Program-made: the position numbers and the translations under genes
Part shown: positions 12,000 to 24,478 of the stretch, piece after piece
Layout of the letters: every line of letters starts with the position of its first letter
Position numbering within the stretch: position 1 is the first letter of the stretch
Notes under the pieces: generated by a model
What the model saw: the letters and a program-made list of their open reading frames with translations, nothing else
Database searches by the model: none
What the model was told of the DNA's origin: nothing
DNA from: Felis catus
Lineage: Eukaryota
Length of the DNA: 64,000 nucleotides
Assembly (NCBI RefSeq): GCF_018350175.1
Contig: NC_058368.1
Coordinates: forward strand, 3,348,001 to 3,412,000
Direction: 5' to 3'

Positions 12000-14015
12000 G
12001 AAATAGATTATCCTTCCCTGAGATAGAAACCCAGTTTGAAACATCTATCCTGGAATGGGTCAAGTTCATCTGAACTTAGAATAGGAATTCTAAGTATCTT
12101 CCAGATCAAAGGAAATAAGCCCTAGATGAAGGATAATATCTGTGAAGTCTTTACATATGTAGACACAGTATCCTCCATTCAGTAATGTATCATCAAGCTC
12201 TTAGGAGATCAAACCAGGTAATCAAAAACAAAGAGAAAAAATAGACACTAGCAGCAGCTTCACAGGTGATGGAGTTGTTGGATTAATTTGTTCAAGTAAA
12301 TAGATGACAAGCTGGAAGTTTTTATCAGATGATGCGGATATATTCAATCAATCAAATGGAAATTATAGAGCTATAAAATAAAATCACTGAAAACAGCAAC
12401 TCAATAAACAGTCTCAGCATCAGGTCAGACCCAGGACAGAGGGCAAGTAAGCTGGAGGATAGATCTTAGAGAAAAGACTCCCTTATGAAGGATAGAAAGA
12501 AACTTTAAAAATGAAAAGAAAAACAGTATAGAAAGTACATAGAAGATATTGTGAAGGATCTAAAATGTATCTATTCTCAGTTCCAGAGAGAGAGAGGCCA
12601 TGGAATAGAAACAATATTTGAGAACATAAGAGCTGAGAATTTTTTAAACTGATAAAAGACACAAGTCAAAGATTAAAGAAAAACTATGGAGTTAAGTTAA
12701 AAAGCAAGTTAAGTTAAAAAGAAAATAAAAAGCACACATATCTGCACATCAGCAGCATAATAAACCTGCTAAATGACAGAAGAAATTTGCAATCATCCAA
12801 AGAAAAATAGACCTATTACATTAAAAGGAGTAACTGAGAGCTGAGTTCTCAATAGAAATAATTTAAGCATAAAGAAAAGGAAATGACAACTTTAATATGC
12901 TGAAAGAAAATAATCGTCAATCCAGAATCCTTTATTTAGGAAAAAAAAACTGAAAATGAAGTCCTTTACACACACAGAAGCTGATATGATGTATTGCCCT
13001 CAGACCTACGATGAAAGACAGAATCAGGGAGTTCTTCAAGCAGTAGGATGACGGTGGAAACACGGGAACAGAGAAAGGAATGAAGAACAATGGGAAAAAA
13101 GTGAATATATTAGTAAGTCTAAATGATGATTTGTCTCCACAAAGATAATAATAATGTCATAGACTTGAAAATATAGGTACAATGAAAGTACATGATATTA
13201 GTAATACTAAAGTAGAAAGAGGCTGATGGAATTCATCCTTTGCGTTGATGAAAAAGTGATAAACATTATTTAGAGCAGCCTTATTCCATTTAGGATTTAT
13301 GTTTAAATCTGTAGAGTAATATACTAATAAAACTATAGACAAGAAAAATGAAATAAAGAACAGAATCATAAATATTTGATTGACTTAAGTAATTCAACAG
13401 AGTAATAAAAGAGCAAAGAGTAGAGGATAACGAGTAAATATTTTATAGATGTAAGATTAAGTAAATGCTTCAATTAAAAGGCAAGGGTTTACAATTTTTT
13501 AAACTCTCCAATATCTGCCGTTTATCAGAGATAAGCTTTAAATATAGGTTAAAAGTTAAAAGATGTAAATGACACAACATAAAGACTAACCAAAACAAGC
13601 TTTAATGACTGTGCTAATGCCAGACAAGGCTGAATCTAAGGTGAGAAGCAGTATCAGAGACATTTCATGAGGATGAAATGGTCCGTCTACTGGTAGATAC
13701 AATTCTGAATTTGTTTGAAGCTAATAAAATAATCTTAAAATACATAAAGTAAAAACTGAAGAAACTGAAAGGAGAAATGGAGAAGTCTACGATCATAGTC
13801 TTTATCACCCTACTCTTGTTAATGAAACATACAAAAAAAGATCATACATAGAATATTTGAATAGCACATGTAACACATTTGACCTAATTCATACATCTGG
13901 AACACTGCACTTAACTTGTCAATGCACTTGAGATATACACTGCAATGGGCCCTATTCTGGGCCTTAACGCAAGTGTCACCAAATTTCAAACTATTGAAAT
14001 CATACAGAACATGTC
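12000..14015 (+). mobile_element. Ancient L1 (L1ME-like) ORF1 to endonuclease relic
   Basis: A-rich degenerate L1 motifs (gctgagaattttttaaactgataaaagac; ctattctgggccttaacgcaagtgtcaccaaatttcaaa). Confidence 0.75.
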
Positions 14016-14599
14016 CCATCCTCCTCCTCGCCAAGGACTATGCACACAAGACTGCGACTGCTGGGAAGGAGCCCCCTTTCCTGGTTGGTACGAAGGCATT
14101 GGACAGGTGGCTCTGGGAAACTTGAAGGGAAAACGAAGTAACACAGGTAATTCTGAAAGTATTCTTAAAGCATAAAAGCACCAAGCAAACTGGGTTGACT
14201 ACCAAAAAAAAAAAAATCAGATACTCATGTTCCTATGAGTCCTTGTTAGTGAAGCTGAGGATGAGTTGTCTGCAAATGCCAGACATGTCAGGCAGACAAG
14301 AAAATGATTAGGGAAACTGTCCTGCAACCACAGGGACTGAAAATGAGCAAACATTGTATGTGTCTGTAGAACTACCGGAAGTATGGTAGTTGAGGAAAAG
14401 TAAATGTTATATCGAGGGTGCAGAGAATGTGCTGATTGCTTCATCTGTAATACTTGAGAGACAAAGATTCTAGGTCATATCATGCCCAAAATTCCCGTAA
14501 GAGAAGCACAAGGCTGGGCATTAAGAGAAATAATATTGTTGTCTGAAGTTGGGTGATAGAAAAAAAATGAAAAGAGAGAAAAAAGAAATGAGATCACTT

Positions 14600-14820
14600 G
14601 GGGCACCTCGGTGGCTCAGTGGGTTGAGCATCCGACTTCGGCTCAGGTCTTGATCTCATGGTTCGTGAGTCCGAGCCCCGCGTCGGGCTCTGTGCTGACA
14701 GTTCAGAGCCTGGAGCCTGCTTCCGATTTTGTGTCTCCCTCTCTCTCTGCCCCTCCCCAGCTCACGCTCACTTGCTCTCTCTCTGTCTCAAAAATAAATA
14801 AACTTAAACAAATTAAAAAA
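14600..14820 (+). mobile_element. Can-SINE (SINEC_Fc-like)
   Basis: Full element; TSD aaaagaaatgagat(c/a)act. Confidence 0.95.
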
Positions 14821-15469
14821 AAAAGAAATGAGATAACTGTATGATTGATTGGAGTTTAGAAAATAAAAGAAAATAAAGCATGAACTAAATCCATTATTCT
14901 AATATATGGTTCTAATAATAATGGCCACTTCCACAACAAAAATGTAGCCTTTCCTAATTATCGGGGCTTCATAAAGAAAATCAAACAGAGGAAGAAGATT
15001 GCATAGCATATAACAGTTATAAATATAAATCAGAAACCAAAACACATTGTTTGCGGCTATAATATGGGCAGCGATGTGTTGGGCAGCAATCACATGTGAG
15101 AGAGGAAAACACTCCAGAGAAACCCAGCATGAGGGGCAATCTCGCACTTTTGTGTCAACTCCAGATCAGAGCCTAACCTGCTGGGACTATGTCAGCGGCT
15201 AGCTGACCCGGGGAAGGGAAATTGCCAATTCCAGCTCCCTGTATCCTTCCATACGGGAGAACGAAATATCCAACTCCAGGCTCCTCTAGCCATCCTTCGC
15301 CACGTGAGGCAGAGGGACCTGAGCTAGGGACGCAGGCTGACCAAGAGACTAGAGGATGCTCCCTGTTCCTGCACACCTTACCACTACATGACCAAAGGCC
15401 TACTTACTACGTTCGCTTTCACCCAGTGCCTCATGTTCAACTTTCAACAAAAAGTGAACGCTAGGCTAT

Positions 15470-15685
15470 GGGGCGCCTGGGTGGCTCAGTCGGTTGAGCA
15501 TCCGACTTTGGCTCAGGTCATGATCTCACCGTTCGTGAGTTTGAGCCCCGCGTCGGGCTCTGTGCGGACAGCTCGGAGCCTGGAGCCTGCTTCCGATACT
15601 GTGTCTCCTTGTCTCTCTACCCCTCTCCCCTGCTTGCATTCTGTCTCTCTTTCAAAAATAAATAAACATTCAAAAAAATGTTTTG
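15470..15685 (+). mobile_element. Can-SINE (SINEC_Fc-like)
   Basis: Full element; TSD aaaagt(g/t)aa(c/t)gctaggcta. Confidence 0.95.
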
Positions 15686-16566
15686 AAAAGTTAATGCTAG
15701 GCTAAAACCAAAAAATATAATTTGAAGAGGCTGAGCAAACATCAGCACCGGAGTCAGCTATGGCAGATATTTTTAAAAATATGATGAATACATTGAGGGA
15801 TTTGATGGGGAAAATAGGCAACATGAAAAAGCAGATAAATAAGGTCAACAATGAAATGAAAATTCTAAGAGAAGTCAAAAACAAATAATGGAGATCAAAA
15901 AGTCACTAACAGAAATGATGGGTGCTTTGGATAAGCTCATTAGTAGACTGAAGAAAGCTGAAGGGAAAAAAAAAAAAACATTTGAGTTTGAGGATATGAA
16001 GGGAGATAATTCCAAAACTGAAAAGTAAGGAAGAAAAAAAACCCAGAATATCTAAATAACAGTGGGACGTCTACAGAAGTTATAACAGATGCTTAATGGG
16101 AATACCAGAAGAAGATAGAAAAAAACAAAACAAAACAAAAAAACAGAAGAAATATTTGAAGTAATAATGACTGAGAATTACCTCAATTAATGTCGGACAC
16201 CACAGCACAGATCTGGGAAGCTCAGAGAACACCAAACAGGATAAATGCTAAAAATTCTACAGTAAGCATATCATATTCAAACTTTAGAAAGCCAAAGATA
16301 GAAAACAATTTTTGAAAGAAGTCAGAGGAAAATCTTACCTATATCTTACCTATAGAGAGGAACAAGGATGAGAATTACATATGACTTCTCAGAAACGTTG
16401 CAAGGTAGGAAAAAAAAAACAAAAACAAAAAAACAAAAGACCAACCTAGAATTACGTAAAATTACCCTTCAAAAAGTGAAAGAGAAGCAAACACTTCCTC
16501 AGACAAACCAACCATGAGAGAATGTGTTGCCAGTGTATCTGACTCGTAAGAAATACAAGAATTTCT

Positions 16567-17242
16567 TGGGAATGCAAGCTGGTGCAGCCACTCTGGAAAA
16601 CAGTCTTTAGGTTCCTCAAAAAACTAAAAATAGAACTACCCTACGACCCAGCAATTGCACTACTAGGTATTTATCCAAGGCATACAGGTGTGCTGTTTCG
16701 AAGGGACACGTGCACCCCCATGTTTATAGCAGCACTATCGACAGTAGCCAAAATATGGAAAGAGCCCAGATGTCCAAAGATGGATGAATGGATAAAGAAG
16801 ATGTGGTCTATATATACAATGGAGTATTACTCGGCAATCAAAAAGAATGAAATCTTGCCATTTGCAACTACGTGGATGGAACGGGAAGGTATTATGCTAA
16901 GTGAAATTAGTCAGAGAAAGACAAAAATCATAGGACTTCACTCATATGAGGACTTTAAGAGACAAAACAGACGAACATAAGGGAAGGGAAACAAAAATCA
17001 TATAAAAACAGGGAGGGGGACAAAACAGAAGAGACTCTTAAATATGGAGAACAAACAGAAGGTTATTGGAGGAGTTGTGGGAGGGGGGATGGGCTAAATG
17101 GGTCAGGGGCATTGAGGAATCTACTGAAATCATTGTTGCACTATATGCTAACTAATTTGGATGTAAAATACTCTAAAATAAACGATACACTTTGATACCT
17201 TCCCTCCCACACACCCCCCCCCAAAATAAATAAATAAATAAA
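16567..17242 (+). mobile_element. Young 5'-truncated felid L1 (ORF2 C-terminus plus 3'UTR)
   Basis: ORF QPLWKTV...IELPYDPAIALLGIYP...[20 protein letters not shown]; perfect 19-bp TSD aagaaatacaagaatttct at 16548-16566 and 17243-17261. Confidence 0.95.
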
Positions 17243-17544
17243 AAGAAATACAAGAATTTCTCCAGAGAGAAGGAAAATGATAGAGGCCAGAAACTTGGAT
17301 CTGTGCGGAGAAAGGAAGATCTTGAAAAATGAGGACGCGAAAGTAAAATAAAAACTTACATTTGTCTTACTCTTAGCTGATCAAACAGATAGCAGTGTGT
17401 TGAAAACAATAATAGCAAAACATACTCAATTATGTGGCTTATGAATAAGTGAAATGACAGCGATGATACATGAAATGCGGAGCAGGGATGAGGTGTGTTG
17501 TGTCGGTCCAAGACGCTTGCACCACAAAGTGCTACAGTGTTACT

Positions 17545-17800
17545 GTTGACATTTTGAGGAAACTCCATACTGTTTCCGGGGTAGCTGCACCAGTCAGCAC
17601 TGTCACCCACAGCGTCTGAGGGTTTCTTTTTCTCCACATCCTCTCCAACACTTGTTATCTTTTGTCTTTTTGATCGTAGCCGTCCTGACAGGTGCACAAT
17701 GATGTCCATCGTGGTTTGGATTTGCATTTCCCTGATGGTGAGTGAGGCTGAGCATCTTTTCATGTGTCTGTTGGCCATCTGTAGGTCTTTTCTGGAAAAA
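17545..17800 (-). mobile_element. Antisense L1 ORF2 C-terminal fragment inside the sense L1
   Basis: Minus [27 protein letters not shown]...VGEDVEK. Confidence 0.9.
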
Positions 17801-18745
17801 AGTCAACCAAATGCACACTGAAAAAAAACAGACGGATTGCCAGAGTGAACAAAAAAACAAGACCTAAGTGTATGTTGTCTATAAGAAACACACTTTAAAT
17901 ATAAAGACACGTATAAAGGAAACAGATGGAGAAAGATAAACCATGCTTCCACTCATCTAAAGAAAGTTGGCATAGATATGTTAATTTCAGAAAGAGCAGG
18001 CCTCAGAGCAAGAAAAATTATAAGGGATAAAGAGAAACATTACATAATGGCAAAATTGTCAATACTCTAAGAAGACATAACAACTCTTAGTGTGCGCACC
18101 TAAGAAAAAGGCACCACCATACATGAGGCAAAAATAGAACTGCAAAGAGCAATGTATTGGTCCATTACTAGAGCTGGAGAGTTCAAGACCTGTCCTATGA
18201 ATGGACAGGTCCAGCAGGCAGAGAATCAGTAACAATATGGTGGAACATCAATCAACTGGATGTAATGGCATCTACGGACTACTTCATCCAGCAAGGGAGA
18301 ATTCTCATTCTTCTCACGCTTACATGGAATACAAGCCAAGATCAATCACATTCTGCACCCTCAAACACATCTGAACCGATTTAAAAGAACAGAAATGGTG
18401 CAATGTCTGCTCTCAGAATACTACGGAATTCAACTAGGAATCGTTAACAGGAAGATAGCTGGAAAATCCCCCAAATACTTGGACATGAAACTCCATACTT
18501 CTCAACAACATGTGGGTCAGAGAAGAAGTCTCAAGAGAATACTTAAAACATTAATATTGAAATTAAAGAAACCTCAAGGGAAATTAAATGTTTAGTTCGA
18601 AACAGTTGAACGGAATGACAATGAAGACGCAACTTATCAAATTTTGTGAGATGCGGTGAAACATTGCTCAGAGGCCAATTGATAGCACTGAATGCAGATA
18701 TTATTATAAAAAGGAATTGGTATTGACTAGGAATAAAGAATAGCA

Positions 18746-21700
18746 GGGGCTCCTGAATCAGCCATGCGGTAGGAGTGACCATGGCTCCCAGGGGCCTGTT
18801 CTGCAGAGGACCCTGCACCACCGAGAACCTCAACAGCCCTTGCAGAGGTCAGAGTATCCACAGATTTCGTTACTGAGAACCTCATCGTGGACCCCAGTGG
18901 ATGATTCCACAAGGAGCCCCAGTGGCTTTCACCAGCACAGCAGGTGCAGACCTGCTGTGCATTCAGTGCTGAGGCCCCCACTGGTTTTTGTGCTCACAGA
19001 CTCTAAGACTCTGGGTCTCTCCACACCTCACCACAGAAGCTCCAAGCCCCAGGGTCCAGTGTGACCTCCACACCTTCATGCTGCCGGATCAGCCCCCTGC
19101 AGCTGCTTGAGTCAATGCAGATGACCCCGCCACTATGCCCGTGCCCATGACTAGCCCGCAAAGTGCAAGGGCACACTGCCAGCAGCTACATGTCTGCCAA
19201 CAGTTGGCCCCGTCCCCAGCCCTTCCCGTTCTCTGGGTGCCTGTAGCCTATCTCTGCCACCACACAGGCACTTGCAATTGACCCCCACAGTAAAGCATGT
19301 GTATACCACTGACTCCAGCCCCCATTTTCACGTGACTCAGTCCCTCAATGCCGGACCTAGAGGCACTGCTTTAGGTTCAACAATCCTTGAAGCCACTGAA
19401 GATCCTCCCCAGCATTCGTTACCGAGGACCATACCATTGTCAACGTCATGGACCCCAGTTTCCTACGCCAGAAACACAGTGACTCCTGGCCCTACAATTG
19501 CCACATGTCCCCCTCCTTGGTGCTCCACACCACCAGATTCAGTGTGCTCCCACCTGCCTGTGAAGGTATAGCCTTATTAAAGTCAGTCCATATAGTCTGG
19601 AAGAGGTGACTTCTTCTTCAAGTGCACTGACACTTATGCAAGGCTATAGGGATCATGAAAAGTCAGAGAGACATGACTCCATCAAACTAATACAATAAAC
19701 TTCCAGTAACTAATCCCAAAAAAGGGAGATCCAAGAACTATCTGACAAAGAACTAAAAGTAATTGTTCTGCAGAAGCTCAGCAGGCTACAAGAGAACACA
19801 ATTTAATAAAATCAAGGAAACAATACAAGGACAAAACGAGAAGTTCAAAGAAGTGAGAAAATATGACAAAGAACTAAACAGAAATTTTGGAGCTGAATAA
19901 TACAGGGAACAAACTACAAAATAAATTAGAGCTCTTTAATAGCAGATTCAATCCAGCAGAAGAAAACCACCAAACTCAAAGAGGTCATTTGAAGGTATCC
20001 AGGGACTCAAGAGAAACCATCAAAGGAAACAATATTCAAGTTATGGGAGCCCCAGGAGGAAAAGACAGAGAATGGGAAAGAAAGCTGATTTAAACAAATA
20101 ATGGCTGAAAAAATCCCAAATATGGGGAAAGATATGGACATTGAAGGTCGTGAAGTTAAAAGATGCCCAATCAGTTTCCATTAAAGGAAATCTTAACCTA
20201 GACACATTATAATAAAACTTTCAAAAATCAAAGTCAAAGAGAGACTCTTGAAAGCACCAAGAGAAACAAAGCTCATCGCACGTGAAGGAACACACATAAG
20301 GCTATAAGCAGATTTCTCAGCAGAAGCTTTGCAGGTCTAGAAAGAGTAGGATACCAGATGCAAAGGACTTAAAGAAAAAAGCCAACAACCAAGAATATTT
20401 TACCCTGAAAATCTATTCTTTGGAATTGAAGAACTCATAGACATCCCCGTACAAAGAAAAGCTGGAGCCTACCACCACTATAATTGCCTTATAAGAAACG
20501 CTAAAGGGAATTCTTCAAACTGAAAAGGGAGGATGCCAACTAGTAAAATAAAATCATATGCAAGTATAAAACTCACTGGTAAAAGCAAGTATATAGTCAA
20601 ATTCAGAATATTCTGCTATTGCGATAGTAGTATATAAGTCAGGAATAACTCTAGTAGAAAGATAATAAGGCAAAAGTAAAAGTAAGTATAGCTACAATAA
20701 TTTAATGGACACACAATGGAAAAAGCTGCAAATCGTGATGTCAAAAACATAAAATGGGAGGGAATGAAAGCATTGAGCTTTTATACTCAAACTCAATTTG
20801 TTCTCACCTTACAAGTATTTATGTAAGCCTCATGATGTCATACCCTGAAAACTAAAGGAATTAATATTGTTAAAATGTTCACACTACCCTAAGTGTTATA
20901 CTGATTCAAAGCAAGCTCTATCAAAACTCCAGTGGTATTTTTCACAGAAATAGAGAAACCAATTGTGAAATTTGTTTGGAAACACCCAATAGCTAACACA
21001 AACACCTAAAGCAATCTTGACCAAGGAGAATAAAGCTGGAGATACCACTTCCTGACTTTAAACTATATTTAAAGCTATAGTAATCAAAACAGGACGACAC
21101 TGCCCTAAAAACAGACATAGATCAAGGGAACATAGACAAGACCCCAGAAATAAAGTAATGAGTGCACAGGCAGCTGAGTTTTTAAAATGGTATTAAGATG
21201 ACACAAAGGGAAAGGATAGTCTCTTTGGTAAGTTGTGTTGGGGAAACTGACTATCCACATGTAAAATAATGACATTGAATTATTTTACCATCTAAAAAAA
21301 AAAAACAACTCAAAATGAATTAATTAGGAATGGAAGCCATGCAACTTCTAGAAGAAAACAAAGGAGGAAAAGCTTCTCAACATTGGTCTTGAAAATAATT
21401 TGGGGGGTTTGACATCAAAAGTATAGGTAGTAAGAGGAAAAACAAATGTCAGACTACATTAAACTAAAAAAAAATTGCACAGTAGAGGAAACGGCCAACA
21501 AAATAGAAAAGAAACCTATAGAACAGAAGAAAAAAATTGCAAAGCAAATATCTGATAAGGGATTAATATCCAAAATATATAAAGAATTTACAAAACTCAA
21601 TAGCACAAATCCCGAATAACCTGATTAAAAAATGGGTAAAGGACCTGGGTAGACATTTTTCCCAAATGGCTATTAGTTGCAAAGATGCTTAGCATCACTA

Positions 21701-22555
21701 ATCAGCAAGGAAATGCAGATCAAAACCATAATGAGATATCGCCTCCACCTCTTAGGATAGCTATTATCAAAAAGTCCAAAGGTAAGTATTGATAAGGCAG
21801 TGGAGGAAAAAGAACACTTGTGCACATTAATTGGAGACAATAAATTTTAAAAATGTGATATATATAAAATGAAACATATTAATATATTGCATGTTATGCC
21901 ATAACATACGTTATAACACAATAATGCTATATTATATTAGCATATGTGTTATATATAAATATGTAATAAATAATACCATATACAGCATATATGTTATATA
22001 TAATGGAATATTACTCAGCCACAAGGAAAGGACACCATTTGTGACAACACGGTTGGACCTTGAGGGCATTCTTCTAAGTGAAAGAAGTCAGACAGAGAAA
22101 AACAAATACTGCACGATCTCACTTATATATGGAACCTTAAAAAATACCAAACTCCTAGAAACAGGGAACAGATTAGTGGTTGCCAGATGCAGGGGATGAA
22201 GGGTGCAGGAAATGGGAGAAGGTGGTCAAAAGATATAAATTTCAGTTATAAAATAAATAAGTTCTGGGCAGAAATATACAGCATGGTGACTATCGTATAC
22301 TTGAAAGTTGCTAATAGAGTAACTCGAAAGTTTTCATCACAAGAAAAAAAATTGTTACTATGTGCGGGACAGATGTTAACTAAACTTATTGTGGCCATCT
22401 TTTCACCATATATATAGATAGATATAGATATATAAAGATGTAGATAGATGTAGTTATAGATATATAGATACAGATAGGTAATCATTATGTTACATTACAC
22501 ACCTTAAGCTAATACATTATATGTCAACGATATCTCAATGAAACTGGAAAAATAT
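18746..22555 (+). mobile_element. Internally deleted L1 (L1MA9/L1_Carn-like): GC-rich 5'UTR, ORF1, ORF2 C-terminus, 3'UTR
   Basis: C-rich 5'UTR 18746-19650, ORF1 relic (ELNNT...NNIQVMGAPGG), jump near 20840 to ttaatattgttaaaatg, 3' end atatctcaatgaaactggaaaaa. Confidence 0.85.
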
Positions 22556-22810
22556 TGAAGACAAATTTTAAAGAAATGATTATGCATTGTAATATTGTTT
22601 ATAAGAGCGAAATATAGAAACTCACCTGTAAGGATACCAACAAGAGTCTGGTTAAATACATTAGGGTGAGCAAAGAGAGATCTCTTTTTCAACTGAAGTA
22701 TATTGACATACAATGAGAAATCTCTTTTAATTATTGTATAGACTAATCTTCAAAGGTATTGTTGGTTTGTTTTTGTTTTTGTTTTTGTTTTTTTTTTTTA
22801 ATCAGATGCA

Positions 22811-23003
22811 GGGGCATCTGGGTGGCTCAGTCAAACATCCGACTCTTGGTATCAGCTCAGGGCATGATCTCACGGTTGGTGAGACTGAGCCCTGCGTCCG
22901 GATCTGCAATGAATGACAGTGCAGAGCCTGCTTGAGATTCTCTCTCTCCCTCTCTCTCTCTGCTCTGTACCCTGCTCACACTCTAAATAAATAAATAAAT
23001 CAA
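22811..23003 (+). mobile_element. Can-SINE
   Basis: ggggcatctgggtggctcag head; TSD-like tcag(a/g)tgca. Confidence 0.9.
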
Positions 23004-23133
23004 CATTTTTTTCTAAGTCAGGTGCAGAACAGCACATAAAGTATGCTACCACTCATGTAAAAGAAGAGGACAGAGGGCAATGACAAAATACGTAAGCATA
23101 TTTCTTCCATTTGTGTAAAATTTCAGGAAAGAT

Positions 23134-23327
23134 TACGGTCACCAGACAAAATATAGAGCACTAGGTTAAATTTTAATGTGCGATAAACAATGATTTTATT
23201 TTAGTATATGTGCATCCCATGCAATATTTGGAGCATGCTTACACTAAAAACATGTTCATTGTGTACCTGAAATTTAAACCGAGTTAGGAGCACTTTGGGT
23301 TTTTTTCTGCTAAATCTGGCGATGCAA
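23134..23327. mobile_element. MER53 hAT-type palindromic MITE
   Basis: Resembles recalled MER53 (tagggttgccagataaaata...cccatgcaatatttgg...gctaaatctggcaacccta); internally self-complementary. Confidence 0.8.
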
Positions 23328-23957
23328 TGCAACTTATAACAATGTTTAGCTATGGGTGTGAAGAGTCTGGGGTACTCATGGCCAAACGGGAGGCAGGGGC
23401 TGAAGGAGGACTTTCTCCTTTGTACACTTTATACTTTTTGATCTTGAAACCATGTACCTATTACCTATTAAAGAACATAAGTAAAAATAAATGTGAATCA
23501 AGCGGAATATCCATATAAGTGCACTACCAAAAACCACGTGTCATTATATTCTGTTTATAGTGAGACCAGGTCCCATCCATCACCTTATAATTTGAAAATA
23601 CAAATATTCAGAATTCAGTGAAAGTCGAAACATTAAATGATTTTTACAAAGTGCCCAGGCTCCCCCTAGGCTTCTTGTCGTCCCCATTTAAGCGGTGGAA
23701 AGAAAAAAATATCAAACATCTGAGGTTTGGGATAGAGGATAAAAGTGTCAGAAAGTATTATTCTTGAGAAGGCAAGCTTAGCCAGGTTTTTGAAATCTTC
23801 CCAAATCTTCCCCGCCTTTTGACAGCTTCTCAGATAACTCAAATGGCCAGTCAGACAGGTTGCTGTGTAGCGAGCACCAGGTGTGAAAAAAATCAAAGAG
23901 TATGACACACACTTGTTAGCGTGGCAGGCTGCACATCGACACCTGGTGAGCTCATAT

Positions 23958-23962
<5 letters not shown>

Positions 23963-24006
<44 letters not shown>
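23963..24006. repeat. (CA)n microsatellite
   Basis: About 22 uninterrupted CA units. Confidence 0.98.
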
Positions 24007-24008
<2 letters not shown>

Positions 24009-24264
24009 TACACGCGCACAGGAACCGAGCTGTAAAAGTAATGCGAGATTCTCTCGATCATTAGCAACTTGGGTTCTCATTCTAATCCAGTAAGTGTAAT
24101 ACTCAATTGGTGGGGAAAGTGAAAAAAAAATAAGTAATTCTGACTAGCTTTGGTCTCTCTTTTAAAAAAAAAAAAATAACATTATGAAGTTAGTGCAATG
24201 AATTAAGTTTTCCACGTGAATATCTTTGCTGTGTTCCTTTAAATTTCATTTTACTGTTTTTTAT

Positions 24265-24478
24265 GGGGCGCCTGGGTGGCGCAGTCGGTTAAGCGTCCAA
24301 CTTCAGCCAGGTCACGATCTCGCGGACCGTGGGTTCGAGCCCCGCGTCGGGCTCTGGGCTGATGGCTCAGAGCCTGGAGCCTGTTTCCGATTCTGTGTCT
24401 CCCTCTCTCTCTGCCCCTCCCCCGTTCATGCTCTGTCTCTCTCTGTCCCAAAAATAAATAAAAAAAATAAAAAATAAA
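24265..24478 (+). mobile_element. Young SINEC_Fc
   Basis: CpG-rich near-consensus copy; perfect 24-bp TSD at 24240-24263 and 24479-24502. Confidence 0.97.

Larger units (their letters stand above)
15140..18740 (+). mobile_element. Old L1 (L1MC/MD-like) 5' region, ORF1 and endonuclease, hosting younger insertions
   Basis: ORF1-like motifs (gaagctcagagaacaccaaacaggataaat) and EN motifs (atgttgtctataagaaacacactttaaatataaagacac). Confidence 0.8.

Noticed and set aside
24265..24350. tRNA genes in SINE heads
   Set aside because: A/B boxes belong to tRNA-derived Can-SINEs and are followed by SINE body and tail
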